Origin: an uncultured Saprospiraceae bacterium
GTDB taxonomy: Bacteria; Bacteroidota; Bacteroidia; Chitinophagales; Saprospiraceae
Direction: 5' to 3'
Assembly: GCA_964568865.1 (NCBI GenBank)
Contig: CAZMSE010000004.1
Span: 39,033-103,032, forward strand
Length of the DNA: 64,000 bases
Shown: piece after piece, positions 1-8,612 of the stretch
How positions within the stretch are numbered: position 1 is the stretch's first letter
How the letters are laid out: each line of letters opens with the position of its first letter
The notes under the pieces: model-generated
Seen by the model: only the letters and a program-made list of their open reading frames with translations
Database searches by the model: none
Told to the model about the DNA's origin: nothing
Translations under genes and position numbers: made by a program

Positions 1-296
1 CTGGAGATATATTAAGAGGAAAGAAGTCTGCCTTGATTCTTGAACTGGCTGATGCACTGGAAGAGAATGATCGTAAAATTTTTCTTCAAAATTATCAGGG
101 ACAAACAGATCCTCAAAAAAGGCTCTCTATGGTGGAAGAATGGTTAATTCGTTTCGATACCGGAAACCGTCTAAAAAACAGGATCAAAAACTATAAAGTC
201 AATGTATCTAACATGTTGAATCAGATGGATGTATCTGATAGAGTTAGGTTAACCCTGGGGGAATGGTCGAATAACATACTCGAAAGAACCTTTTGA
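1..296 (+). CDS. trans-polyprenyl diphosphate synthase, C-terminal fragment (5' end outside window)
   Basis: Frame is open from base 3: GDILRGKKSALILE... resembles the conserved D-I-x-x-G-K-x-S/T segment downstream of the second Asp-rich motif of isoprenyl diphosphate synthases. Stop at 294-296. Confidence 0.55.
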   Translation, partial: GDILRGKKSALILELADALEENDRKIFLQNYQGQTDPQKRLSMVEEWLIRFDTGNRLKNRIKNYKVNVSNMLNQMDVSDRVRLTLGEWSNNILERTF

Positions 297-382
297 AGAA
301 GTATTAAATTAGTTGCAGCTGACCATAAACCAAAACTTTTATCAGGTGTTCATTTAAGAGCCGAAATTAAATAATAACCATT

Positions 383-661
383 ATGAAATGTCCCATTTGT
401 GTCGAAAACTTAATGATGAGCGATCGTAACGGAATCGAAATCGATTACTGTCCAAAATGCCGAGGCATATGGTTGGATCGTGGTGAACTGGATAAAATTA
501 TCGAGCGCTCTCAAAGTGCATCAGAACCTCAGGAGTATTTGAATAGAAATAGACCTGAATTACCAGAAAGAAGGGAGAAAGATCGCGAGTATTACCACCG
601 TGATGACAAACATTACAAGCATAAGAAGAAATCCTTTTTGGATGACTTGTTTGATTTTTAG
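383..661 (+). CDS. TFIIB-type zinc-ribbon protein (CPxC...CPxC), highly charged C-terminal tail
   Basis: MKCPIC...DYCPKCRGIWLDRGELDKII is the typical zf-TFIIB/COG3809 N-terminus. The tail is rich in K/R/E/D/H and ends FLDDLFDF. Confidence 0.75.
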   Translation: MKCPICVENLMMSDRNGIEIDYCPKCRGIWLDRGELDKIIERSQSASEPQEYLNRNRPELPERREKDREYYHRDDKHYKHKKKSFLDDLFDF

Positions 662-675
662 GTCTTACAGCTATT

Positions 676-1590
676 ATGGGAACGGAACTGCAGTTTTGGA
701 TTTATTTCTCGGTCTTCATATTAGCCATGTTGGCCCTGGATCTAGGTATTTTTCACAAAAATACCCATGCAGTAAGTTTTAAGGAATCGCTTTTATGGAC
801 ATTTGTTTGGTTTGGATTGTCCATGATATTCAATGCCATCATTTATACTTGGAAGGGACCTGACAAATCATTTGAATTTCTTACCGGATATATAATTGAA
901 TTATCCCTGAGTGTTGATAATTTATTTCTCTTCATTTTGATTTTTAATTATTTTAAAGTTCCCCGGGAATATCAACACCGGGTATTGTTTTGGGGAATAC
1001 TAGGGGCATTGGTGATGAGAATAATTTTCATATTTGCCGGTATTGCTTTAATTAAACAGTTTCATTGGATTATTTATGTTTTTGGTGCCTTTATCATATT
1101 CACCGGATTTAAAATGTTTTTTAACAATGAACAGGAAATTGAACCGGAGAAAAACATGATCATCCAGTGGATAAAAAAGTGGGTTCCGGTTACCCGCCAA
1201 TTTCACAAAGACCAATTTTTTATCCGGCGAAAGGGAATTTTGGCTGCCACCCCTTTGTTTATCGTATTGGTATTTGTTGAAGTTACGGACTTAATTTTTG
1301 CTGTCGACTCCATTCCAGCCATCCTTGCCATTACTACGGATCCATTTATTGTCTTTACTTCTAATGTCTTTGCCATATTGGGGTTGCGATCTTTGTATTT
1401 TGCATTATCTGGAATGATGAGTTTGTTTCATTATCTTCATTACGGCTTGGCCACCATATTGGTATTTATCGGATTAAAAATGGTCATTACTGACTTCTAC
1501 AAAATTCCTATTGAGTGGGCATTGATTACGGTGCTCAGTATCCTGCTGATCAGCATTATGGCTTCATTGCTTTGGAAAAAAGCTGAATAG
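676..1590 (+). CDS. TerC/Alx family integral membrane protein
   Basis: 304 aa, polytopic. The LSVDNLFLF and FAVDSIPAI repeated-half motifs are characteristic of the TerC family. Starts 14 nt after the zinc-ribbon gene. Confidence 0.85.
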   Translation: MGTELQFWIYFSVFILAMLALDLGIFHKNTHAVSFKESLLWTFVWFGLSMIFNAIIYTWKGPDKSFEFLTGYIIELSLSVDNLFLFILIFNYFKVPREYQHRVLFWGILGALVMRIIFIFAGIALIKQFHWIIYVFGAFIIFTGFKMFFNNEQEIEPEKNMIIQWIKKWVPVTRQFHKDQFFIRRKGILAATPLFIVLVFVEVTDLIFAVDSIPAILAITTDPFIVFTSNVFAILGLRSLYFALSGMMSLFHYLHYGLATILVFIGLKMVITDFYKIPIEWALITVLSILLISIMASLLWKKAE

Positions 1591-1801
1591 AAAGTGTATT
1601 TTGAATGATGGAAGCCATCGGTTGGTTTATTTTGTAAAATACATCAAAGGGACAAACAGGGAGAATCCAACTTTTATTTTAGTAGAATTATTATATGGTT
1701 TGGTTGGGGACTTTTATTCAATGAGCTAAATAATTCATATCAATAATTGCCATTCATTATCTTTATTTTTTGAATCAATTTTAAGAATTCATCCATTATC
1801 T

Positions 1802-2224
1802 ATGAACTCAATGTTTCAAGGCTCCAATGCATTAATAAGTAGGAAAGGGTTGCATTTATTGTTGGTGTTGACCTCAATGATCGTTTACCTCGAATGGGGT
1901 GGTGGTAATCAAAGCTTTTTGGTCGAGGCTGAAAAAGAACTTTTCATTAAATTATTGAGCGATCCCCTGAGCGTAATGCATCCTTTTACCGTGCTGCCTT
2001 TAGTAGGTCAATTTTTACTGATGGCTTCACTCTTTATGAAAAATCCTCCCAAATGGTTAAGCTGGTTGGGAATGGGTTGTATTGGCATACTGGTGTTCTT
2101 CATATTGTTTGTTGGCTTGTTGTCAGGTTCAATTAAAATAATTGGCTCAACCATTCCATTTATGCTCTTTTTGACCTTAACCATCCGGCAACTTAGGATG
2201 ATGAAATCAGTTCCGGCAAACTGA
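1802..2224 (+). CDS. hypothetical small membrane protein (about 4 TM segments)
   Basis: 140-aa ORF with four hydrophobic stretches. No family recognised. Confidence 0.45.
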   Translation: MNSMFQGSNALISRKGLHLLLVLTSMIVYLEWGGGNQSFLVEAEKELFIKLLSDPLSVMHPFTVLPLVGQFLLMASLFMKNPPKWLSWLGMGCIGILVFFILFVGLLSGSIKIIGSTIPFMLFLTLTIRQLRMMKSVPAN

Positions 2225-2505
2225 TTTTATCATAAAATTCCTTAGATCAAAAAATGGGACTTCTCAAAGATTTTTTGAGTAAACCTTATGACTTAATCAG
2301 GTCATCCTATATGCCGATCTTGCATAAATTAATTTTGATCAATAAACATTTTATTATTTTTATCCAGCAATTATCTAATAATGGGTTTGGGTTAAAGGCT
2401 GGTAAAATCATATAGTCAATACGCTTAAAAACTTTTGGAAACCAGCTGTTTGATTCAAGACTTATAATAAAAATTGTGTTTTTTTGAATGGTATTGATTG
2501 GTTAA

Positions 2506-3324
2506 ATGCACATGGAAGATCAAACAAACATTTATATACCAAACCAATTACCCTATAGTTATTTTGTAAAGTCAATTTGGCGATTGCGCAGGGAAGCGCT
2601 AACCGATTATGCTGAACGGATTTTACCCAAAGGGACAGTTGAACTCATCTTCAATTTGTCTGATCAGGTGCTGTACATTAACCAGGACAGTGGAGTTTCC
2701 ATGGCACTTCCAGATTGCTTTGTCAATGGGCTCAATTTAAAACCCTTTACATTGAAGAACACTGGGGAACAATATTTTCTCGGCATGCAATTAAATACTT
2801 TAGGTATCAAAGCACTGTTTAGAATTTCTGCTTTAACGCTCAACAACAATGTAGTGGAAGGGGATCAACTTTGTTCAAGTTTGAAAAAGTTGAAGGATGA
2901 AATTTCCGGTGCATTAACGTTTGATCAGCAAGTGTACCTGCTTTTAAAATGGCTTGATCTTCAATTAACTCGAACCAATGAGCAAAATGCATTAGAAAGA
3001 ATATTTCATATTTTTCTTGCTGATTTTAAACAACAACGCACGGTAAGTGATTTGCAAAAAAGGGCTTGTATTTCGGATCGGCAATTGAGAAGATGGTCAT
3101 TGGCTTGGTTAGGGATTTGCCCTGAGAACTTTCTTTCCTACCAGAAATACCTAAATGCCATACACAAAATTCATCAGGTGTCCGAAACACTCACAGAAAT
3201 TGGATTGTCTTGCGGGTATTATGATCAGGCACATTTTATTCGGGAGTTTAAGCACTACACGGATATGACTCCATTTCAGTATAAAAAAAGTGCCAAAGGC
3301 CTGCCGGGCCATGTCATTATTTAA
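2506..3324 (+). CDS. AraC family transcriptional regulator
   Basis: C-terminal double HTH ending GYYDQAHFIREFKHYTDMTPFQYKK, typical of AraC/XylS. Confidence 0.85.
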   Translation: MHMEDQTNIYIPNQLPYSYFVKSIWRLRREALTDYAERILPKGTVELIFNLSDQVLYINQDSGVSMALPDCFVNGLNLKPFTLKNTGEQYFLGMQLNTLGIKALFRISALTLNNNVVEGDQLCSSLKKLKDEISGALTFDQQVYLLLKWLDLQLTRTNEQNALERIFHIFLADFKQQRTVSDLQKRACISDRQLRRWSLAWLGICPENFLSYQKYLNAIHKIHQVSETLTEIGLSCGYYDQAHFIREFKHYTDMTPFQYKKSAKGLPGHVII

Positions 3325-3459
3325 TTCAAATAAGTTGAAAGGGTCTGGGGTTGAGATTTAACCCGTTGGATGAAGTTTCTTCATGTTCAATTTGAGAAAT
3401 GTCCGTTTTATACAATTTTCATTTAAACCGATAGGGTTATTTCGCATAAAAATTGAACT

Positions 3460-4497
3460 ATGATTTATCAGTTTTCATTAATCGAAAAAATACTTTTGGC
3501 CAATGATAAAATACCACATCCATTTGGCGATGCTTCTTTTTCTGTCGGATTGGGATTTGCCTTGGGCAGTGCTGTGAAATTGAAAATAGTGGATCAGCTT
3601 AGCATGGAATTCAAGTCCAATGAGGAGATCGCAAAATCAGCTGGATTAAGTGCCATAGGAACAGAACTTATTTTAGATTGCCTAGAGGCTTTGGGTTATG
3701 TGAGAAAAAATATTGATCAATATGCATTCACGAAGCGAGGCCATAAAAATTTATCACTAGAATCGGCATCCAATTTCAGATATTTTATTCTTTTCTGTGC
3801 TAACCTCTATAAAGGTTACCTGAATTTAGATGAAACCATTCGCTCAGGAAACAATGATCGGAATAAGATGTTGGGAGAAATGTCTGATTACGAGTGGGAG
3901 TTATTTTCAAGAGCGATGATCGATATTTCACAGACCAATTACAAAGAAGTAGTTAAGAAGATACCGGTTCATCAAACTGCCAGTAAAGTTTTAGATTTAG
4001 GTGGATCTCATGGACTTTACAGCATTGAAATGTGTCGACGCAATCCAAAATTGAATGCAGTAGTGATGGACCTTCTACCCGTTCAGAAATATGCTGTAGA
4101 ATGTATTGAAAAACACCAGGCAGGTAAAAGTGTAAAGTTTTTAGCGGGAGATTTCATGGAAGATGATTTGCCCGAACAAGTGGACATCGCATTGGCATTT
4201 AATATCATTCATGGATTGAACGTACAAGAAAATCGTAAGCTCGCAAATAAAGTTTTTCAAGCCCTCAAACCAGGAGGCATTTATGTCATTTTGGATCAGA
4301 TTAAAGGGATGGGAGGATCGTCCCAGCTTTCTAGAGCAACAACCTCCTACATGGCTTTGAATTTATTGCATCAGGCCGGTGGTAAAACGTATTCGAAAAA
4401 TGAAGTGGACACGATGGTGAAGGATGCTGGTTTTACAAGGACAAAAATGCACCAGTTACATGCTCCAGGATTTGGGGTTATTGTGTGTTATAAATAA
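3460..4497 (+). CDS. class I SAM-dependent O-methyltransferase (Methyltransf_2-like with N-terminal winged-helix/dimerisation domain)
   Basis: SAM motif I VLDLGGSHG, then acidic VMDL and LAGDF motifs. The length and architecture resemble small-molecule O-methyltransferases. Confidence 0.75.
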   Translation: MIYQFSLIEKILLANDKIPHPFGDASFSVGLGFALGSAVKLKIVDQLSMEFKSNEEIAKSAGLSAIGTELILDCLEALGYVRKNIDQYAFTKRGHKNLSLESASNFRYFILFCANLYKGYLNLDETIRSGNNDRNKMLGEMSDYEWELFSRAMIDISQTNYKEVVKKIPVHQTASKVLDLGGSHGLYSIEMCRRNPKLNAVVMDLLPVQKYAVECIEKHQAGKSVKFLAGDFMEDDLPEQVDIALAFNIIHGLNVQENRKLANKVFQALKPGGIYVILDQIKGMGGSSQLSRATTSYMALNLLHQAGGKTYSKNEVDTMVKDAGFTRTKMHQLHAPGFGVIVCYK

Positions 4498-4677
4498 CCA
4501 ATAGGAAAATTCATTTTGGAATTAGAAATGAATTAATGCACAGGGAAGCCTTCAAAATGATGTGAGCAGGGTCAGGAATATTATCATTATAGGAAGAGTT
4601 GATTTACTCTAAATGTCTAATATGAATTGTCATTAGAATATTGATCAGACCGATCTACAGCAATGGAGATTGGATGA

Positions 4678-7077
4678 TTATTTATGGAGATGATGATCTA
4701 AAACCTGGCCAATGCCGATTTGCGACAAATTAGGGGTAAGTTGTTTATAATACAATCTGGCTTGAACCGAAGAAAGTAAGGTTAATCCACCCTCCTTATC
4801 CCTTAGTTTTGCATCAAGCACCACTCTGGATTGAAGTGATTCAGGAATTTTTATTGGAATGTGAAATTGGAGTGTCCTGGAACCGGATTTTTCAACATCG
4901 AATTGCTGCAACACGATTCCAGATTTCTTATCTTTCAGCATAACCGAACAACTGGGAGTAAAGCTAAAGAAACTCCAACTGGAGACATCAATGTCAAGGT
5001 AAAATAATTTTTTATCACCAGGAATGTTTTCCATGATCGTAATTCCGTTTTCTGGTAAACTGATCTCTTCTTTTCGGTTAAAATGGGCTACCTCTTTATA
5101 ACGAAAGAAATCGTCATACACCTGTATAGGAAGTAAGCCTCCGTCTTCAGTAGCCACAATACTGGCTGCCTGGTAACATTTTAACTTATAAGAAATCTTT
5201 TGAAAGCTTTGATTATTATAATATTCGTGAAGTTCGAAATTATGGTCGACTTTAAACATCCGGTTACTTTCGGAGATAAACAAACCATTGTAGTAAAAAT
5301 CTTCAATTCGACGATTATCGGTCATAAGAGGTATCACTTTTTCGGTATCAAACGATTTTTCAAATTTTAATCCTGCACCTAAGGCTGTAGTAAAAGAGGG
5401 GATGTGAAGATCGTATTGATTGCCTAAAAAAGGGATAATCGTTTGATACAAATCAAGATGGCTGCACACTTCATGAAAGCGCTCGGATGTTCTTAATTGC
5501 GGTGAATATAAAAGAAGTGGAACGTGGTATTTTTTCAAAGGATTTTTTACAGGAATTTCAGTAATGGGGTGATCTCCCGTGATCACAAATAAAGTATTAC
5601 AATAGTCGCTGCGTTTTGAGTATTGTTGAAAGAAATACCTTAAAGCATCATCAACATTCAATAATGAAGTGTAATATTTTGAATATTGCTGATAATGCAA
5701 TTTGAAGTTTGGATCCTGAATTTGTGAAAGAAGATTTTTATATTTTGACCTGTAATAATTATCATCGCTTACCGCAAATGGAGCATGCGAAGTGCCTGTA
5801 AAAAAGATATCGTAGCGCGGAGGCATAATAGATTCCGAAGTGCTAAGAAAATATTGGTTGAACAAGTCGAAATCATTGTAGCCCCAAAAAAATTGTTCTT
5901 TGCCAACAAATACTTTGGTGAATTGGGAATTGAATTTTTCTTTATCAATAATTGTATCAATGTTGTTAAATTTATAAAAAGGTTCTTTCCCATGAAACCA
6001 AGCGCCCTGGCCATAAAAAAATCGAGTGAGATAGTTATTTTCTTTTAAAACATTTACCATTGAAAAATGATAAGGATATTTATCCATTAGGGCAAATCCG
6101 TTATTTCCAAAGGGTAATGATCCATTCAACGATGGCGTAGCACCGAATGATCTTTCTGAGTTGCTTAGACAGCGATCCCAATAAAGACTTTTTTGTGATA
6201 AACTATCCATGAATGGCATGAATAAGCTTCCATGCATAGGATGTATAAAATCATCAGCGAGACCCTCAACAATTATAAGAACGACGTTTGGCGGATTTCT
6301 GAATTTATTTAGGTAATTTGATAATCGATCTTCGTTTGATGACAGCTGAAGAAATGGGTAATTAGGGTCAGTGTATCCTATTCGTGGAAACTCTTCATGA
6401 AATTTTTTTGAATATTTTTTTAAATCATTGCCGGACAATTGTAAATAAATTTCCTTTAATGAATTTACATACAAAAAGATGGATTTGTTGACCACCATAT
6501 TTCCAGCCACCGGAAGCCGTAGGCTGTTGAAAAGAGGAATAACGGTCAGGGCAATGAAAAAGAAAATCAGTAATAAGATTTTATTCAACTTGAGGGATAG
6601 GGTTGATTTATATAGCCAAATGGCCAGCACGAAATACATCAGCATAATTGTGCTGTATTTGATCATCGCGGGCAATAGAATATGGGAATCAGCAGTGCTT
6701 ACCGAAAATACCATTTCGTCTGCTTTATGCTTGAAAACAAAAACATCCAGCGGTCGCATCTGATAGAAAAAATATTCTGAAATGGTAATGTGCATGAACA
6801 CAAAGAATCCGATCAAATACCAACCATACTTGATCCCAAAACCCGGAAATCGATTGATGAGCTGACGATGCAGTGGAAAGACCAGACAAAGCACGAGCCC
6901 TGCCTGAAATATGTCGACCAACCAACCCAATAATTCTGAATTAAACAATTGGGCAGGATTGAACCTCAGATAGAGATGAATGGTTTCTGTAATCCTTAAA
7001 ATGGCTGTCATCAGGATAGCAGCCAGGAAATAGCAGAAATAGGTATTTCCGATAAAGTTGATTAACCGATTCAGCAT
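4678..7077 (-). CDS. LTA-synthase/phosphoglycerol-transferase-like membrane protein (N-terminal polytopic domain plus sulfatase-fold domain)
   Basis: 799 aa. There are about 5 N-terminal TM helices, then PNVVLIIVEGL (sulfatase-fold metal-site strand) and later VITGDHP. Start overlaps the GNAT stop by 7 nt. Confidence 0.7.
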   Translation of the reverse strand: MLNRLINFIGNTYFCYFLAAILMTAILRITETIHLYLRFNPAQLFNSELLGWLVDIFQAGLVLCLVFPLHRQLINRFPGFGIKYGWYLIGFFVFMHITISEYFFYQMRPLDVFVFKHKADEMVFSVSTADSHILLPAMIKYSTIMLMYFVLAIWLYKSTLSLKLNKILLLIFFFIALTVIPLFNSLRLPVAGNMVVNKSIFLYVNSLKEIYLQLSGNDLKKYSKKFHEEFPRIGYTDPNYPFLQLSSNEDRLSNYLNKFRNPPNVVLIIVEGLADDFIHPMHGSLFMPFMDSLSQKSLYWDRCLSNSERSFGATPSLNGSLPFGNNGFALMDKYPYHFSMVNVLKENNYLTRFFYGQGAWFHGKEPFYKFNNIDTIIDKEKFNSQFTKVFVGKEQFFWGYNDFDLFNQYFLSTSESIMPPRYDIFFTGTSHAPFAVSDDNYYRSKYKNLLSQIQDPNFKLHYQQYSKYYTSLLNVDDALRYFFQQYSKRSDYCNTLFVITGDHPITEIPVKNPLKKYHVPLLLYSPQLRTSERFHEVCSHLDLYQTIIPFLGNQYDLHIPSFTTALGAGLKFEKSFDTEKVIPLMTDNRRIEDFYYNGLFISESNRMFKVDHNFELHEYYNNQSFQKISYKLKCYQAASIVATEDGGLLPIQVYDDFFRYKEVAHFNRKEEISLPENGITIMENIPGDKKLFYLDIDVSSWSFFSFTPSCSVMLKDKKSGIVLQQFDVEKSGSRTLQFHIPIKIPESLQSRVVLDAKLRDKEGGLTLLSSVQARLYYKQLTPNLSQIGIGQVLDHHLHK

Positions 7078-7538
7078 TGATCATCCAATTGAATGACTCC
7101 GGTTTCCCATCCGGTGATCATTTTGGCTCCATAAGATCTGTAAAATGTTTTGGCCGACTCATTCCAATCCAACACCTGCCATTTCATTTTTCGGGCTGAT
7201 TCGAGCCTGGCAGTTTCAAGCAATGCATCAAATAATTTCTTCCCCAAACCATGACCACGAAAGCTTTTACTTACTATGAAGTCTTCCAGATAAAGGGTTT
7301 TGCCACCCCAGGTCGAAAAATAAGGAAAGAAAAGGGCCATGCCCAGAATTCCCAGATCTGAGGATTCTGCGACCAAGGCTTTGAAAAGTCCGGATTCCAG
7401 TCCGGAACGGTAATCTTCAGGTTTCGTGCGGACTTCGTCGGGTGCTTTTTCATAATGGGCAAGCTCCATAACCAATTCGAGTAACCTGGGAGCATCATCA
7501 GGAATGGCTAACCGGATCTGAACCTTATCTAAATTCAT
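7071..7538 (-). CDS. GNAT family N-acetyltransferase
   Basis: 155 aa with the acetyl-CoA motif FRGHGLGKKLFDALLE. Confidence 0.85.
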   Translation of the reverse strand: MNLDKVQIRLAIPDDAPRLLELVMELAHYEKAPDEVRTKPEDYRSGLESGLFKALVAESSDLGILGMALFFPYFSTWGGKTLYLEDFIVSKSFRGHGLGKKLFDALLETARLESARKMKWQVLDWNESAKTFYRSYGAKMITGWETGVIQLDDQC

Positions 7539-7606
7539 GGTGGATAATTGATGTACTTAAAGCCTGTTAACAACATGCAAAATAATGCAATAAATTTTAA
7601 GTTCCG

Positions 7607-7638
7607 TTTGGCTGTTAATGCAAAGAATGCTATTTTTG
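7607..7638 (+). promoter_or_regulatory. candidate primary-sigma promoter of the str/ribosomal supercluster (-33 TTTG, -7 TATTTTTG)
   Basis: TTTG at 7607-7610 and TAnnTTTG at 7631-7638, 20 nt apart. This fits the Bacteroidetes -33/-7 consensus and lies 86 nt upstream of rpsL. Confidence 0.45.
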
Positions 7639-7723
7639 CGTCTCCTTAAGGGATAGGTATGCCATAAGGTATTGAAAATGTGTAATATATAAAATTTAAA
7701 CCGCTAACAGATAAAAACCAGAT

Positions 7724-8098
7724 ATGCCTACTATCAATCAGTTGATTCGCAAAGGCCGGGAAAAGGTAGAATATAAAAGCAAGAGCCGTGCTTTGCAATC
7801 CAATCCTCAAAAGCGTGGGGTCTGTACCCGTGTATATACCACTACGCCAAAGAAACCAAACTCTGCATTGAGGAAGGTTGCCAAGGTACGTCTGACCAAT
7901 GGCATTGAAGTGATCTGTTACATTCCTGGGGAAGGACATAACCTCCAGGAGCACTCTATCGTATTGGTAAGAGGTGGTCGTGTGAAGGATCTCCCAGGAG
8001 TGCGTTATACCATCGTGAGGGGAGCTTTGGACACGGCAGGTGTGAATAACCGTAAAAAAAGCCGTTCACGATACGGTACCAAAAGGCCAAAGAAATAA
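7724..8098 (+). CDS. rpsL: 30S ribosomal protein S12
   Basis: [12 protein letters not shown]...[11 protein letters not shown]...[13 protein letters not shown]. Confidence 0.98.
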   Translation: MPTINQLIRKGREKVEYKSKSRALQSNPQKRGVCTRVYTTTPKKPNSALRKVAKVRLTNGIEVICYIPGEGHNLQEHSIVLVRGGRVKDLPGVRYTIVRGALDTAGVNNRKKSRSRYGTKRPKK

Positions 8099-8132
8099 AT
8101 CATCAACCATCCAATAAAGACTAGCATTTTTC

Positions 8133-8600
8133 ATGAGAAAACATAAACCAAAAAAGCGAATTCTGGAACCAGACCCTAGGTTTGGTGACATTTTGGTGAC
8201 CCAGTTTGTTAATAATATGATCTGGGAAGGTAAAAAAAGTACTGCCTATAACATATTTTATAAAGCAATGGACATCGTTGAAACGAAAATCAGCGAAAAT
8301 CCGCATGAAGTGTGGCAAAGGGCATTAAACAATGTGATGCCTCACATTGAAGTGAAGCCAAAACGAATCGGTGGTGCAACTTTTCAAATTCCTCAGGAAA
8401 TGCGTCCAGCACGTAAAACGGCTACCGCTATTAAATGGCTAATCAAATATTCCCGGTTAAGAGCTGGAAAAGGGATGGCAGATAAACTGGCCAATGAAAT
8501 TATTTCTGCCAGTAAAAACGAAGGTGCTGCAGTAAAGAAACGAGAAGATACGCACAAGATGGCGGAAGCCAACCGTGCTTTTGCACACTTTAAATCATAA
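8133..8600 (+). CDS. rpsG: 30S ribosomal protein S7
   Basis: MRKHKPKKRILEPDPRFGD..., in the expected position after rpsL. Confidence 0.97.
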   Translation: MRKHKPKKRILEPDPRFGDILVTQFVNNMIWEGKKSTAYNIFYKAMDIVETKISENPHEVWQRALNNVMPHIEVKPKRIGGATFQIPQEMRPARKTATAIKWLIKYSRLRAGKGMADKLANEIISASKNEGAAVKKREDTHKMAEANRAFAHFKS

Positions 8601-8612
8601 TTAGGATAAAGG

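Noticed and set aside
600-782. 60-aa + strand ORF bridging the zinc-ribbon gene and TerC.
   Set aside because: It is out of frame with both well-supported genes and overlaps each of them.
2254-2415. 53-aa ORF (MGLLKDFLSKPYDL...) in the 281-nt spacer upstream of the AraC gene.
   Set aside because: There is no recognisable family, its AT-rich codon usage is indistinguishable from the spacer, and there is no promoter box. It cannot be supported from sequence alone.
2701-2720. TGGCAC...TTGCT inside the AraC gene, considered as a possible sigma54 promoter.
   Set aside because: The GG to GC spacing is 12 nt rather than 10, and the site is internal to a coding region.
4507-4534. 9-bp inverted repeat AATTCATTT...AAATGAATT downstream of the methyltransferase gene, considered as a terminator.
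   Set aside because: The stem is entirely A/T and there is no following T-run, so it is too weak to call.
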